A stretch of DNA of 64,000 bases, taken from assembly GCA_963422655.1 (NCBI GenBank), contig OY730440.1, forward strand, positions 1,908,054-1,972,053, given 5' to 3'. The notes under the pieces are model-generated. The model was not told where the DNA came from. It made no database searches and was given only the letters and a program-made list of their open reading frames with translations. The stretch comes from Acidimicrobiales bacterium (GTDB lineage: Bacteria > Actinomycetota > Acidimicrobiia > Acidimicrobiales > Aldehydirespiratoraceae). The position numbers and the translations under genes were made by a program. Shown one piece after another: positions 56,324 through 64,000 of the stretch (positions are counted from its first letter, which is position 1; every line of letters starts with the position of its first letter).

Positions 56324-57619
56324 GTGACCTCGACATTCGAGCATTACGCTCGCCGTCTCGAGGCCCACCGGCTGGTCGAGGATGCGGTGATCACCCGAGC
56401 CGAGCTGATCGAGGCCGTGCGGGCCATCGACAGTGCCGTGGCTGCAACCGCCGGTCGCGGGTTCGAAGCCACCCCGTTCACCCCCAGCCCGGAGCTGGCC
56501 GCCGCTGTCGGCCTCGGCCCGGATACGGAGCTTTGGGTCAAGGACGAGACCGGCAACGTGTCGGGCTCCCACAAGGGCCGCCACCTCTTCGGTGTCGCCC
56601 TTGCCCACCGGCTGGCCGGCAGGGTCGGTGACGCTCCCTACGCCATCGCGAGCTGCGGCAACGCGGCGTTGGCCGCAGCCGTGCTGGCCCGAGCCACCGA
56701 TCACCCCTTGGACGTGTACGTGCCCACTTGGGCCAACCCCGCCGTTGTGGATCGCATCACCGAGCTGGGGGCCAGAGTCGTCTACTGTCCCCGTTCGGAG
56801 GGTGTGCTCGGCGATCCCGCCCATCAAGCCATGAAGGCCGCGGTCGAGGCCGGAGCCGTGCCCTTCTCGTGCCAGGGCACCGAGACCCCGACCACCATCG
56901 ACGGGGCCCGAACCCTGGCCTACGAGATGGCAGACACTCTGATCGCTACCGACGCCAGAGACCCGGCCCGCCTCGACCGGGTCTTCGTCCAAGTCGGCGG
57001 TGGTGCCCTGGCCACCGGGTTGGTGACCGGGCTGGGAGGGCTCGACCTGCGACCGGTGATCCACGCTGTGCAGCCGGCCGGCAACCATCCCCTGATCCGA
57101 GCCTGGGACCGAGTCACCGCCGAGAGCACCGGCCTGGGGTCCCCTGCCACCAACTCGGCTCGGGCCGAGATGGCCGGCCACATCGGGCCGATGGACAACG
57201 AGTCGGCCCGTTCGGTAACACAGCGCTTGGCCGCCAACCCCGAGCGGTACATGACTCCGTGGGAACACGAACCGGCTTCCTACGCCACCGGCATCCTCGA
57301 CGACGTCACCTACGACTGGCTGGCCATCATCGAAGCGATGCTGGCGTCGGGTGGCCATCCCGTGGTGGCCGACGAAGACGACCTCCGCCGAGCTCACCGG
57401 CTGGCTCATCTCCACACCGACATGGCCGTGTGCCCCACCGGCGCGGCCGGGCTCGGCGGCCTGCTCGCTCTGGTCGGGACAGAGGGCGGCACCGGCGGCA
57501 CCGTTTGTGCCGGCGAGCGGGTGGCGGTGCTGTTCACCGGCCGTATGCGCCCCGGCGATCCCGATCCTCGGGCCGACCGCCCCGAGACGCCGAGCCCTTC
57601 GGGTCAGTTGGAGGGCTGA
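56324..57619 (+). CDS. PLP-dependent fold-II enzyme (threonine-synthase-like)
   Basis: KDET.N.SGSHK.R, ASCGNAA, VGGGAL, VLFTG. Confidence 0.88.
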   Translation: MTSTFEHYARRLEAHRLVEDAVITRAELIEAVRAIDSAVAATAGRGFEATPFTPSPELAAAVGLGPDTELWVKDETGNVSGSHKGRHLFGVALAHRLAGRVGDAPYAIASCGNAALAAAVLARATDHPLDVYVPTWANPAVVDRITELGARVVYCPRSEGVLGDPAHQAMKAAVEAGAVPFSCQGTETPTTIDGARTLAYEMADTLIATDARDPARLDRVFVQVGGGALATGLVTGLGGLDLRPVIHAVQPAGNHPLIRAWDRVTAESTGLGSPATNSARAEMAGHIGPMDNESARSVTQRLAANPERYMTPWEHEPASYATGILDDVTYDWLAIIEAMLASGGHPVVADEDDLRRAHRLAHLHTDMAVCPTGAAGLGGLLALVGTEGGTGGTVCAGERVAVLFTGRMRPGDPDPRADRPETPSPSGQLEG

Positions 57620-60600
57620 CCGGCGGGCCCGGCCGGTCCGGCCCGATGCTTGGCCATGGCCTCGCGGACCTCCTCGACCGCTGCAGCCAGATCGGGTAGC
57701 TCGGCCTCCACCGCCCCGCCGGCCCGCAGGAACACGAAAACCACCTTGATCACCTTCTCACCGGTCACTTCTTCGATAGCGGCGGCATAGCCGGCCCCCT
57801 GCCACCGGTAGCGGTCGAGCAGGTCGGCCACGTTGTCGCCATCGACTTGATCGGTCTTCCAATCCACCACCACCAACCCGTCCGGAGCTCGGTAGATCAG
57901 ATCGATATAGCCCTCCAGCAGTTGACCGCCGATGGGGGCGGCCACCCACAGCTCGCGGCGGTGCCAGTCGGCGGCGGCTGCGGCCCGGGCCACGGCGGTG
58001 GCCAACCCGATCCGGGCCAGGCTGGTCACCCTCTCGGTCTTGGAGCCGACGCCCTCGGCTTCGGCCTGGGCTCGGGCCAGGTCCTCGACTCCTTCGCCGG
58101 TGGCCAGATCGACCATCTGCAAAACGCTGTGGATGGCTCGTCCCATGGCCGTGCCGTAGCGGCCCTTGCTCCGAGCTGGCCCTTCGAGGTCGGACTCGGC
58201 TTTGGCCAGGCCGGGGTCGTCGGCGTGCTGCTCGGCTTTGGCCAGGCCGGGGTCGTCGGCGTTGGGCATGGTGCGAGCCAGTGTGGTGGCCGACACTGCC
58301 TCCGGTTGCGAAGCCCGGGCCAGGACCCGGGTCCGTTCGGCCAGCCAGGCGTCACGGTCGGGCGGGGGCACCATCGCGGTCGGGGTCGGGTCGGGTCGGG
58401 TAGCCGGGCGGGTGGGCTGGGTGCGACCGAAACCGAGCTCGGTGTGCAGGACATGGGCCACCTCGGCCGCCCCCGCGTCGGCCAGCGCCGATGCCGCCGT
58501 CACTCCCGGTTTGACGTCGGCGGTGCGGTGCAAGCTGACGACGAGATGGTCACGAGCCCGGGTGCAAGCCACGTACAGCAACCGGATGCGTTCGTGGTAG
58601 TCCATCTGCTCGTCGATGGGCTGCCATTGCTCGAAGCCGTCGGAGTGGACCCCAGCCTTGAGCCGGACCGCGGGGGGGCGACCGGGCGGGAAAGCGATGG
58701 TCGGTCCTCGGGCCGGCTGCCGCAGCCGGGTGGTCAGGCCCGAGACCACGACGATAGGAAACTCGAGGCCCTTGGCTCCGTGGATGGTGAGGATCCGCAC
58801 GCTGTCGTCACCGGTCTCCGGCAGCACCGTTTCGGTGACCCGAGCATTCTCGGCCCCTTGGAGACGGGCCCAGTCCAGGTAGCTCCGCAGGTCGGTGCCG
58901 CCCACATCGGACCAGGCCCGGGCTTGGTCCACCACAAACCGCAGGCGCCTCCAATGGTCGCGGGGCCGAGCGGCGGCCACAGCCGTCTCCAGCACCCCCC
59001 GTTCTCGGATGAGCCGGTCCAGCAGCACCGGGGGGCTGGTCCACAGCCGAGCCTCGTGGAGTGTCCGCAGATGGGCCAGGCCCTGAGCCACCGGATGGTC
59101 CGAGGGCGTGTCGGGCGGGGGGTCGGCCAGCAGCGAGAACCACCCCCCACAACCGAGCCGCCAGTGGGCCAAGTCGTCGTCGCCGCAGCCGTACAGCGGT
59201 GAGCGCAGGGCCGCCACCACGGCCAGATGGTCGGTCGGGTCGGCCACGGCGGTCAGGGCCAGGAGAAGATCTCGCACTTCCCGGGTGGTGTACACCAGCG
59301 ATGAGGTCTCGACCCGGTATGCAACGCCGGCTCGATCCAGTGCCCCTTCCAAGGCGGCCAGGCTGGTCCGAGCCGGCACCAGGACGGCGATGTCGCTGGG
59401 CCCCGCCGGTCGCCACCGGGGATCGGCGAGGGTGCCCTCGTCCACCCCCCACCCCTCGCCCAGCGCGGTGGCCACTGCACCGGCCACTTCATCGGCTTCT
59501 ATCTGGCGGAGCTTGTCGGCATTCAGTTCGGCCTCGATGGGTTCGGCCCCGAGTACAGCCACGGCCGGCCCCGACCCGCCCGGGCGGCGCCGGGCCTGCA
59601 AGGGCGTGTAGTCGGGTTGGCTGGCTTCGGTGTAGGTGATGAGCCGGCCGAAGACGGCGTTGACCCACTCGACTATGGCCGGGACCGACCGGAAGTTGGT
59701 GACCAGGTTGGTGCCGTCTCGGCCGAATCGCTCTCGGGCTCGCAGGTAAGTAGCAATGTCGGCCCTTCGGAAACGGTACACCGACTGCTTGGGGTCGCCC
59801 ACGAAGAAGAGCCGACCCTCTTCGGTGTCGACCAAGTCCCAGGAGGTGTGTCTCCCGTCGCCCGAGCCGGCCAGCAGAACGGCCAGCTCGATCTGGATGG
59901 GGTCGGTGTCTTGGAACTCGTCCAGCAGTAGATAGCGGTAGCGCTCTCGCAGCGCCGCTGTGACCATCAGGCCATGGTCGGGGTGTCGCAGCAACTGTCG
60001 GGCCCTGACCAGAAGATCCTGGTAGTCGAGACGCCCCGACTTTCGGCGTTGTTCGGCCGCGTCCAGGGTGAAGTCGGCCAGCCGGGACACGAGATGGTCC
60101 AAGGCCGCGGTCGAGGTGGCCTCGGCGATCTGGGCGCACGTATGCGGCAACTCCCTCACCCGCGTCCTTATCTCTTCCATCTCCTCCTTGCGTTCTTGGT
60201 TGCCGTGCCGGCTGCTCCAGTTGCCCATGGCACCCCGGCGACCGAACTTTTCTTGGCTCAGCGCTTCGATCGCTTCCAGCCGGTCGATCTCGTCATCGGA
60301 TTCGAGCCGCCCGACGTAAGGCTCCAACCTGTCGATCTTGCGGTAGAGCTTGTCCTCGGGGTCACGACAGACGCTCCGTAGCGCCAGCACCTCCGCCAGC
60401 GCGGCCCGGGCCGCCTCCGCGTCCACCGGTGGGGGCGGAGCGACATGGCGCCCGATGCCGGTCTCGACCAAATCCCAGTTGTCGTCCAGAGCGACGGCCA
60501 GCTTGCGTAACTGGGGCAGATGGACCCCGCTCACCTCCAGCACCAGCAGGGACCGACCCGCCTCGGCTTCGTCGAGGAGGCGGTCCACGAACACCTGCCA

Positions 60601-61077
60601 CCGTTTCTCCAGTTCGATCTGGGAGCTGATCTCGTCGAGCACTTCGACTCCGGGCGGAAGACCGGCCTCGACCGGGTGTTCGCTCAAGATCCTCAGGGCA
60701 AAGGCGTGGAGCGTGTCGACTACGGCGGTATCGAGCTGGTGCAGAGCCGTCGTAGCCAGGGGGCCCAGTTCGGCTTCGATGCTCTCCAACCGTCGGCGGA
60801 TCCGATCCCGCAGCTCTCTGGCTGCCTTCTCGGTGAAGGTGATAGCCACGATGCGCTCCATGGGGATCCCGGACCGGACCAACGACTCGACCCGATCGAC
60901 GAGGGCTCGGGTCTTGCCCGATCCGGCCCCGGCTTCCACGAAAAGAGTGCGGCCGAGATCCGAGGCGATCATGTCTCGTGCGGGCTGATCGGTCAGGGCA
61001 TCGGCGCCGGGGGGTCCAAGACCGGTTCGGGTGCCGGCCGGGCTGGGCTCGGGCGGTAGGTTCGAATGGTCGGTCAC
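57604..61077 (-). CDS. AddA/AdnB-like UvrD helicase-nuclease
   Basis: AGAGSGKT, ITFT.KAA, DEFQDT, GDPKQS.Y.FR, TIHGAKGLEF, YVA.TRA, G.ID..DWKT. Confidence 0.93.
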   Translation of the reverse strand: MTDHSNLPPEPSPAGTRTGLGPPGADALTDQPARDMIASDLGRTLFVEAGAGSGKTRALVDRVESLVRSGIPMERIVAITFTEKAARELRDRIRRRLESIEAELGPLATTALHQLDTAVVDTLHAFALRILSEHPVEAGLPPGVEVLDEISSQIELEKRWQVFVDRLLDEAEAGRSLLVLEVSGVHLPQLRKLAVALDDNWDLVETGIGRHVAPPPPVDAEAARAALAEVLALRSVCRDPEDKLYRKIDRLEPYVGRLESDDEIDRLEAIEALSQEKFGRRGAMGNWSSRHGNQERKEEMEEIRTRVRELPHTCAQIAEATSTAALDHLVSRLADFTLDAAEQRRKSGRLDYQDLLVRARQLLRHPDHGLMVTAALRERYRYLLLDEFQDTDPIQIELAVLLAGSGDGRHTSWDLVDTEEGRLFFVGDPKQSVYRFRRADIATYLRARERFGRDGTNLVTNFRSVPAIVEWVNAVFGRLITYTEASQPDYTPLQARRRPGGSGPAVAVLGAEPIEAELNADKLRQIEADEVAGAVATALGEGWGVDEGTLADPRWRPAGPSDIAVLVPARTSLAALEGALDRAGVAYRVETSSLVYTTREVRDLLLALTAVADPTDHLAVVAALRSPLYGCGDDDLAHWRLGCGGWFSLLADPPPDTPSDHPVAQGLAHLRTLHEARLWTSPPVLLDRLIRERGVLETAVAAARPRDHWRRLRFVVDQARAWSDVGGTDLRSYLDWARLQGAENARVTETVLPETGDDSVRILTIHGAKGLEFPIVVVSGLTTRLRQPARGPTIAFPPGRPPAVRLKAGVHSDGFEQWQPIDEQMDYHERIRLLYVACTRARDHLVVSLHRTADVKPGVTAASALADAGAAEVAHVLHTELGFGRTQPTRPATRPDPTPTAMVPPPDRDAWLAERTRVLARASQPEAVSATTLARTMPNADDPGLAKAEQHADDPGLAKAESDLEGPARSKGRYGTAMGRAIHSVLQMVDLATGEGVEDLARAQAEAEGVGSKTERVTSLARIGLATAVARAAAAADWHRRELWVAAPIGGQLLEGYIDLIYRAPDGLVVVDWKTDQVDGDNVADLLDRYRWQGAGYAAAIEEVTGEKVIKVVFVFLRAGGAVEAELPDLAAAVEEVREAMAKHRAGPAGPAGQPSN

Positions 61078-61099
61078 GGGTGTCGCTTCTACCGAACGG

Positions 61100-64000
61100 T
61101 CACGGCTGGGGCGGCGACGTGATGGACTCGAGCAGCTCGGGCTCGGCCACGGCCAGATACCGGTGCAGGTCGGTATCGCTGGTCTTGCGCTGCCAGTCGT
61201 GCCATTGGTCACGGGTGCCGAGCCCATCGGGGTCACAGAACCGGCAGGGGATCCAGGGCCGCCAGTTCGGGGGTTCGGGATGCAGCGGATACAGCCCCCC
61301 GGTGATGCCGTCGATCATGGCGCCCACGGTCTGCAACACTCGGGCCTGCACCGGCTCGGTGACGTCGTAACCGAGACTCTTGAAGCCTTCCTTGGCCGAC
61401 ACGAACCAGTAGTCGGCCCAAACCGGAGCGTCGATGTCCTCCAGGCTCCGCCGGAGAGCTGCGCTGTAGAGGCCGAGTTGGAGATGACGTCCGTTCGGAC
61501 TGGGATTGTCAGGGCTCAGTTGTTTGTAGCGCCGGCTGGAACCGGTCTTGTAGTCGATGACGACGAAGCCCCCCCCGTCGGTGGTGTCGACGCGGTCGAT
61601 CGATCCTCGGAACCTGATGGTGAGACCTCGATCCAGCTCGATGGTCACCTCGCCGTGGCTCGAATCTGGTTGGCCGAACCCGAGCTCAGCCGCCATGGGA
61701 ACCGAGCGGTGACGGGCTCGCATCTCGTCGTCGAAGTCGACGAAAGCGTCCAGATCGGCCAGAAGTCGGCGACGATCTCGGTTCCAGTACAGGGTTCGCC
61801 CGGTCTGGCCCCGGGCTTCGAGCCGGTCGCATTCCTGCTCGGCGATCTCACCGAGCCGGCGTCGGCGCGGTTCGGGCCAGGGTTCGGCCGGAGCGGGAAC
61901 AGCGCTCTCCTCCAAGGCCTCGGTGAGCCAGCTCTTGAGGCTGTGGTGAACCAGATGGCCTCGGGTCAACGAGCTGATTCGATACTCGGTTTCGGGATTC
62001 TCGACGGGGTTCACACCCAACACCTGGCTCACGAAGTAGGCGTGGGGGCACTCGGCCCAGGCTTCGAGCCCGGTGGCCGAGACGATGGTGTCAGCCGCGG
62101 TGGGGTCGGGGAGCGCTGCGCTCCGCAGGTTTGCGTCACGGGCCAGGTTGCCGTCGAAACGGGTGAATCGGTTCGAGGCTCGGGCCAGTCTCAGCTCTAT
62201 GCCTCGGCGTAGCTCGACTCGGCGACAGACCGACGGGTGAGCCAGGATCGACTCGGCCTTGTCATGTTGGTGGGGGTGAGGTTGGTGGCGGTCGTGGAGG
62301 CCGAGCAGGGCCCGCATGTCGTACTCTTGGACGTGGGCAGGGAAAGTCGTCTGCCGTAGCCCGGTTACGAACGACGGCACCTCGGTTTCGATTTCGATGG
62401 TGCCGGAACCGGTCCGGGCCGGTAGCCAGCGGCTGCGGACATGCTGGGCCGAACGGCGGAGATCGCCTCGGGGGTACGACAACAGGGACTGTTCGGCCGC
62501 GGCCAGCACCTCCAGGAGAGCTCGATGATCGTCGCCGGGGGCGGTCCGCAACGCCAGGTCGGATCCGACCGCGATTCGTTCCCGGTCCGGCAACAAGACG
62601 TCGTCGTGGCGGTGGGCCGGGAAAACTCCCTCCGCCATACCGCACACCACCACCAGATCGAGCTCGACTCCCAGCGCCAGACCGACCGGGCCGACGAGCA
62701 CGCCGGCCCCGAACCGGCCGTGGCGGCCCGGGTGATCGGCCAATTCGAGCCTCAGGGCCTGTCGGAAAGCGACAACCGAAGGCTCGGGGTCGATACCGTC
62801 GAGCTCGCCGAGCCGTTCGACGGTGGCGCCGACGGTACGGGCGTGGTCTTGCTCGTCGTCGGGCCAGTGGCCCCGGTCGGTCTCGGTGCCCAGGTAGTCA
62901 CCGATGAGCCCGGTGCACCATCGGCTCAGCTTCCTCCAGCTCCGAGCTTCGGATCCCCGGTCGAGGTCGGCATGGAGCCGGGCGACGAAAGCGGCCAGCT
63001 CCCGGGTCCGTTCGGCGCTCTGCCGTCGATGTTCGGCTCGGCCGGGTTGCTCCTCACCGTCATGATCGCGGCTGGCTTCGATCTCGTCGGCCTCGGCTTC
63101 GATCTCGTCGGCTTCGGCTTCGAGCTCGTCGGCGTAACGGCCCAGACGCTGTGCCCACTGGTCGGCTCCGGCCACCACTGCGGCCGCTCGGGCCACCCGT
63201 TCCCAGGTCGCGGCCGGGACGGGCCGGCGCTTGAGGCGCGGCTGGCTTCTCCGGGGGCGGGGCCGGCTCGGGTCGCTCTCGCCGGAGGGCCCGCTGGGCT
63301 GGTTCGGGTTGCTGGGCCGGTTCGGGTCGTAGCGGATCGGTGCTGCCGCCAACCAGGCGGTGACGTCGCGTCGGGACATGTCGTTGTCGGTCAAGGCCAG
63401 CATGGCGAGCAGCGATCGGCCCAGCAGCGAAGTCTCGGCCGTGGGCACGGTGGCGCCGCACCATTGGATTCCGGCTGAGTCGAGGGCGTCGCCGACCAGC
63501 CGGGCGTACGGGTCGGACGATCCGTACAGGATGGCGCAACGGCCCAGCCGGCTGCCGGTGCGGGCCGCTTGCATCACGGCTCTCACCGCGTGGCGGACTT
63601 CGTCGTCGGCATCGGAGACGCTCAGGATTCGATCGGGTCGGGTTACGTGCTCGCCGGGGCCGGCGGGAGCTTCGGCCCGTATTGCCGGTGCAAGCCGGCG
63701 CAGCGATGCCTGCACGGCGGCGTCGGCGTCGGCCACTCCGGTGGTTCCAGCGATGACGGTCAGGGTGGAGTGTTCGGCGGCGGCCCGAAGCAGTCGAGCC
63801 TGGCCATCGGTGAGCCGCTGAGGTAAGAAGACGATGACCCGGCCCAGCTCGACCCCGATCGTTCGACCATCAGCGGCTATCACCCCAACCGCGGCCGTCA
63901 TGAGCTGCTGCTCGTCGTAGAACCGATCGGCGAGGGCAGCTCTTGTGGCCCGATGGATACGGATCACGTCGGCGGCTCGGCTCGAGGTGGCAGCCAGCCG
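61100..64000 (-). CDS. AddB/AdnA-like PD-(D/E)XK nuclease (5' end outside the window)
   Basis: S.T.LE.W..CP, G.IDRVD, IDYKTG, QL.LY, C..C; frame open to the window edge. Confidence 0.9.
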   Translation of the reverse strand, partial: RLAATSSRAADVIRIHRATRAALADRFYDEQQLMTAAVGVIAADGRTIGVELGRVIVFLPQRLTDGQARLLRAAAEHSTLTVIAGTTGVADADAAVQASLRRLAPAIRAEAPAGPGEHVTRPDRILSVSDADDEVRHAVRAVMQAARTGSRLGRCAILYGSSDPYARLVGDALDSAGIQWCGATVPTAETSLLGRSLLAMLALTDNDMSRRDVTAWLAAAPIRYDPNRPSNPNQPSGPSGESDPSRPRPRRSQPRLKRRPVPAATWERVARAAAVVAGADQWAQRLGRYADELEAEADEIEAEADEIEASRDHDGEEQPGRAEHRRQSAERTRELAAFVARLHADLDRGSEARSWRKLSRWCTGLIGDYLGTETDRGHWPDDEQDHARTVGATVERLGELDGIDPEPSVVAFRQALRLELADHPGRHGRFGAGVLVGPVGLALGVELDLVVVCGMAEGVFPAHRHDDVLLPDRERIAVGSDLALRTAPGDDHRALLEVLAAAEQSLLSYPRGDLRRSAQHVRSRWLPARTGSGTIEIETEVPSFVTGLRQTTFPAHVQEYDMRALLGLHDRHQPHPHQHDKAESILAHPSVCRRVELRRGIELRLARASNRFTRFDGNLARDANLRSAALPDPTAADTIVSATGLEAWAECPHAYFVSQVLGVNPVENPETEYRISSLTRGHLVHHSLKSWLTEALEESAVPAPAEPWPEPRRRRLGEIAEQECDRLEARGQTGRTLYWNRDRRRLLADLDAFVDFDDEMRARHRSVPMAAELGFGQPDSSHGEVTIELDRGLTIRFRGSIDRVDTTDGGGFVVIDYKTGSSRRYKQLSPDNPSPNGRHLQLGLYSAALRRSLEDIDAPVWADYWFVSAKEGFKSLGYDVTEPVQARVLQTVGAMIDGITGGLYPLHPEPPNWRPWIPCRFCDPDGLGTRDQWHDWQRKTSDTDLHRYLAVAEPELLESITSPPQP

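Overview
High-GC actinobacterial chromosome segment. The gene order (tRNA-Ser-ffs-dnaX-recR; mshA-ybjN-proC...hemA-C-D-B-L; LigC/Prim-PolC; DUF222-HNH) fits Actinomycetota. Acidimicrobiia, possibly host- or sponge-associated, is my inference. Most of the window is housekeeping: xseA, ABC exporter, pncB/pncA, peroxiredoxin, tadA, 3 tRNAs, SRP RNA, propionyl-CoA genes, heme cluster, aroQ, two P450s, two acyl-CoA ligases, an AddAB-like pair. Accessory parts are a low-GC polysaccharide cassette (20.0-25.4 kb), an orphan AAA+/wHTH ATPase, an EF-hand/pre-toxin-like gene, and an HNH plus tandem Fic block. The most unusual signals are non-coding or sub-genic: (1) a 139-bp promoter+hairpin cassette kept as two identical copies while the co-duplicated ybjN copy decayed; (2) a C-rich-loop sRNA candidate behind a clean sigma-A-type promoter, plus a related hairpin in a tRNA trailer; (3) an apparently circularly permuted, Cys-flanked FN3 domain inside an O-antigen ligase/polymerase; (4) a PafBC-type leaderless promoter and 12-bp inverted repeats around the HNH gene; (5) an unannotated 29-aa membrane peptide coupled to a variant DUF62 enzyme; (6) pervasive leaderless and bidirectional promoters and many short tandem duplications. 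All calls come from reading the sequence; no searches were run.
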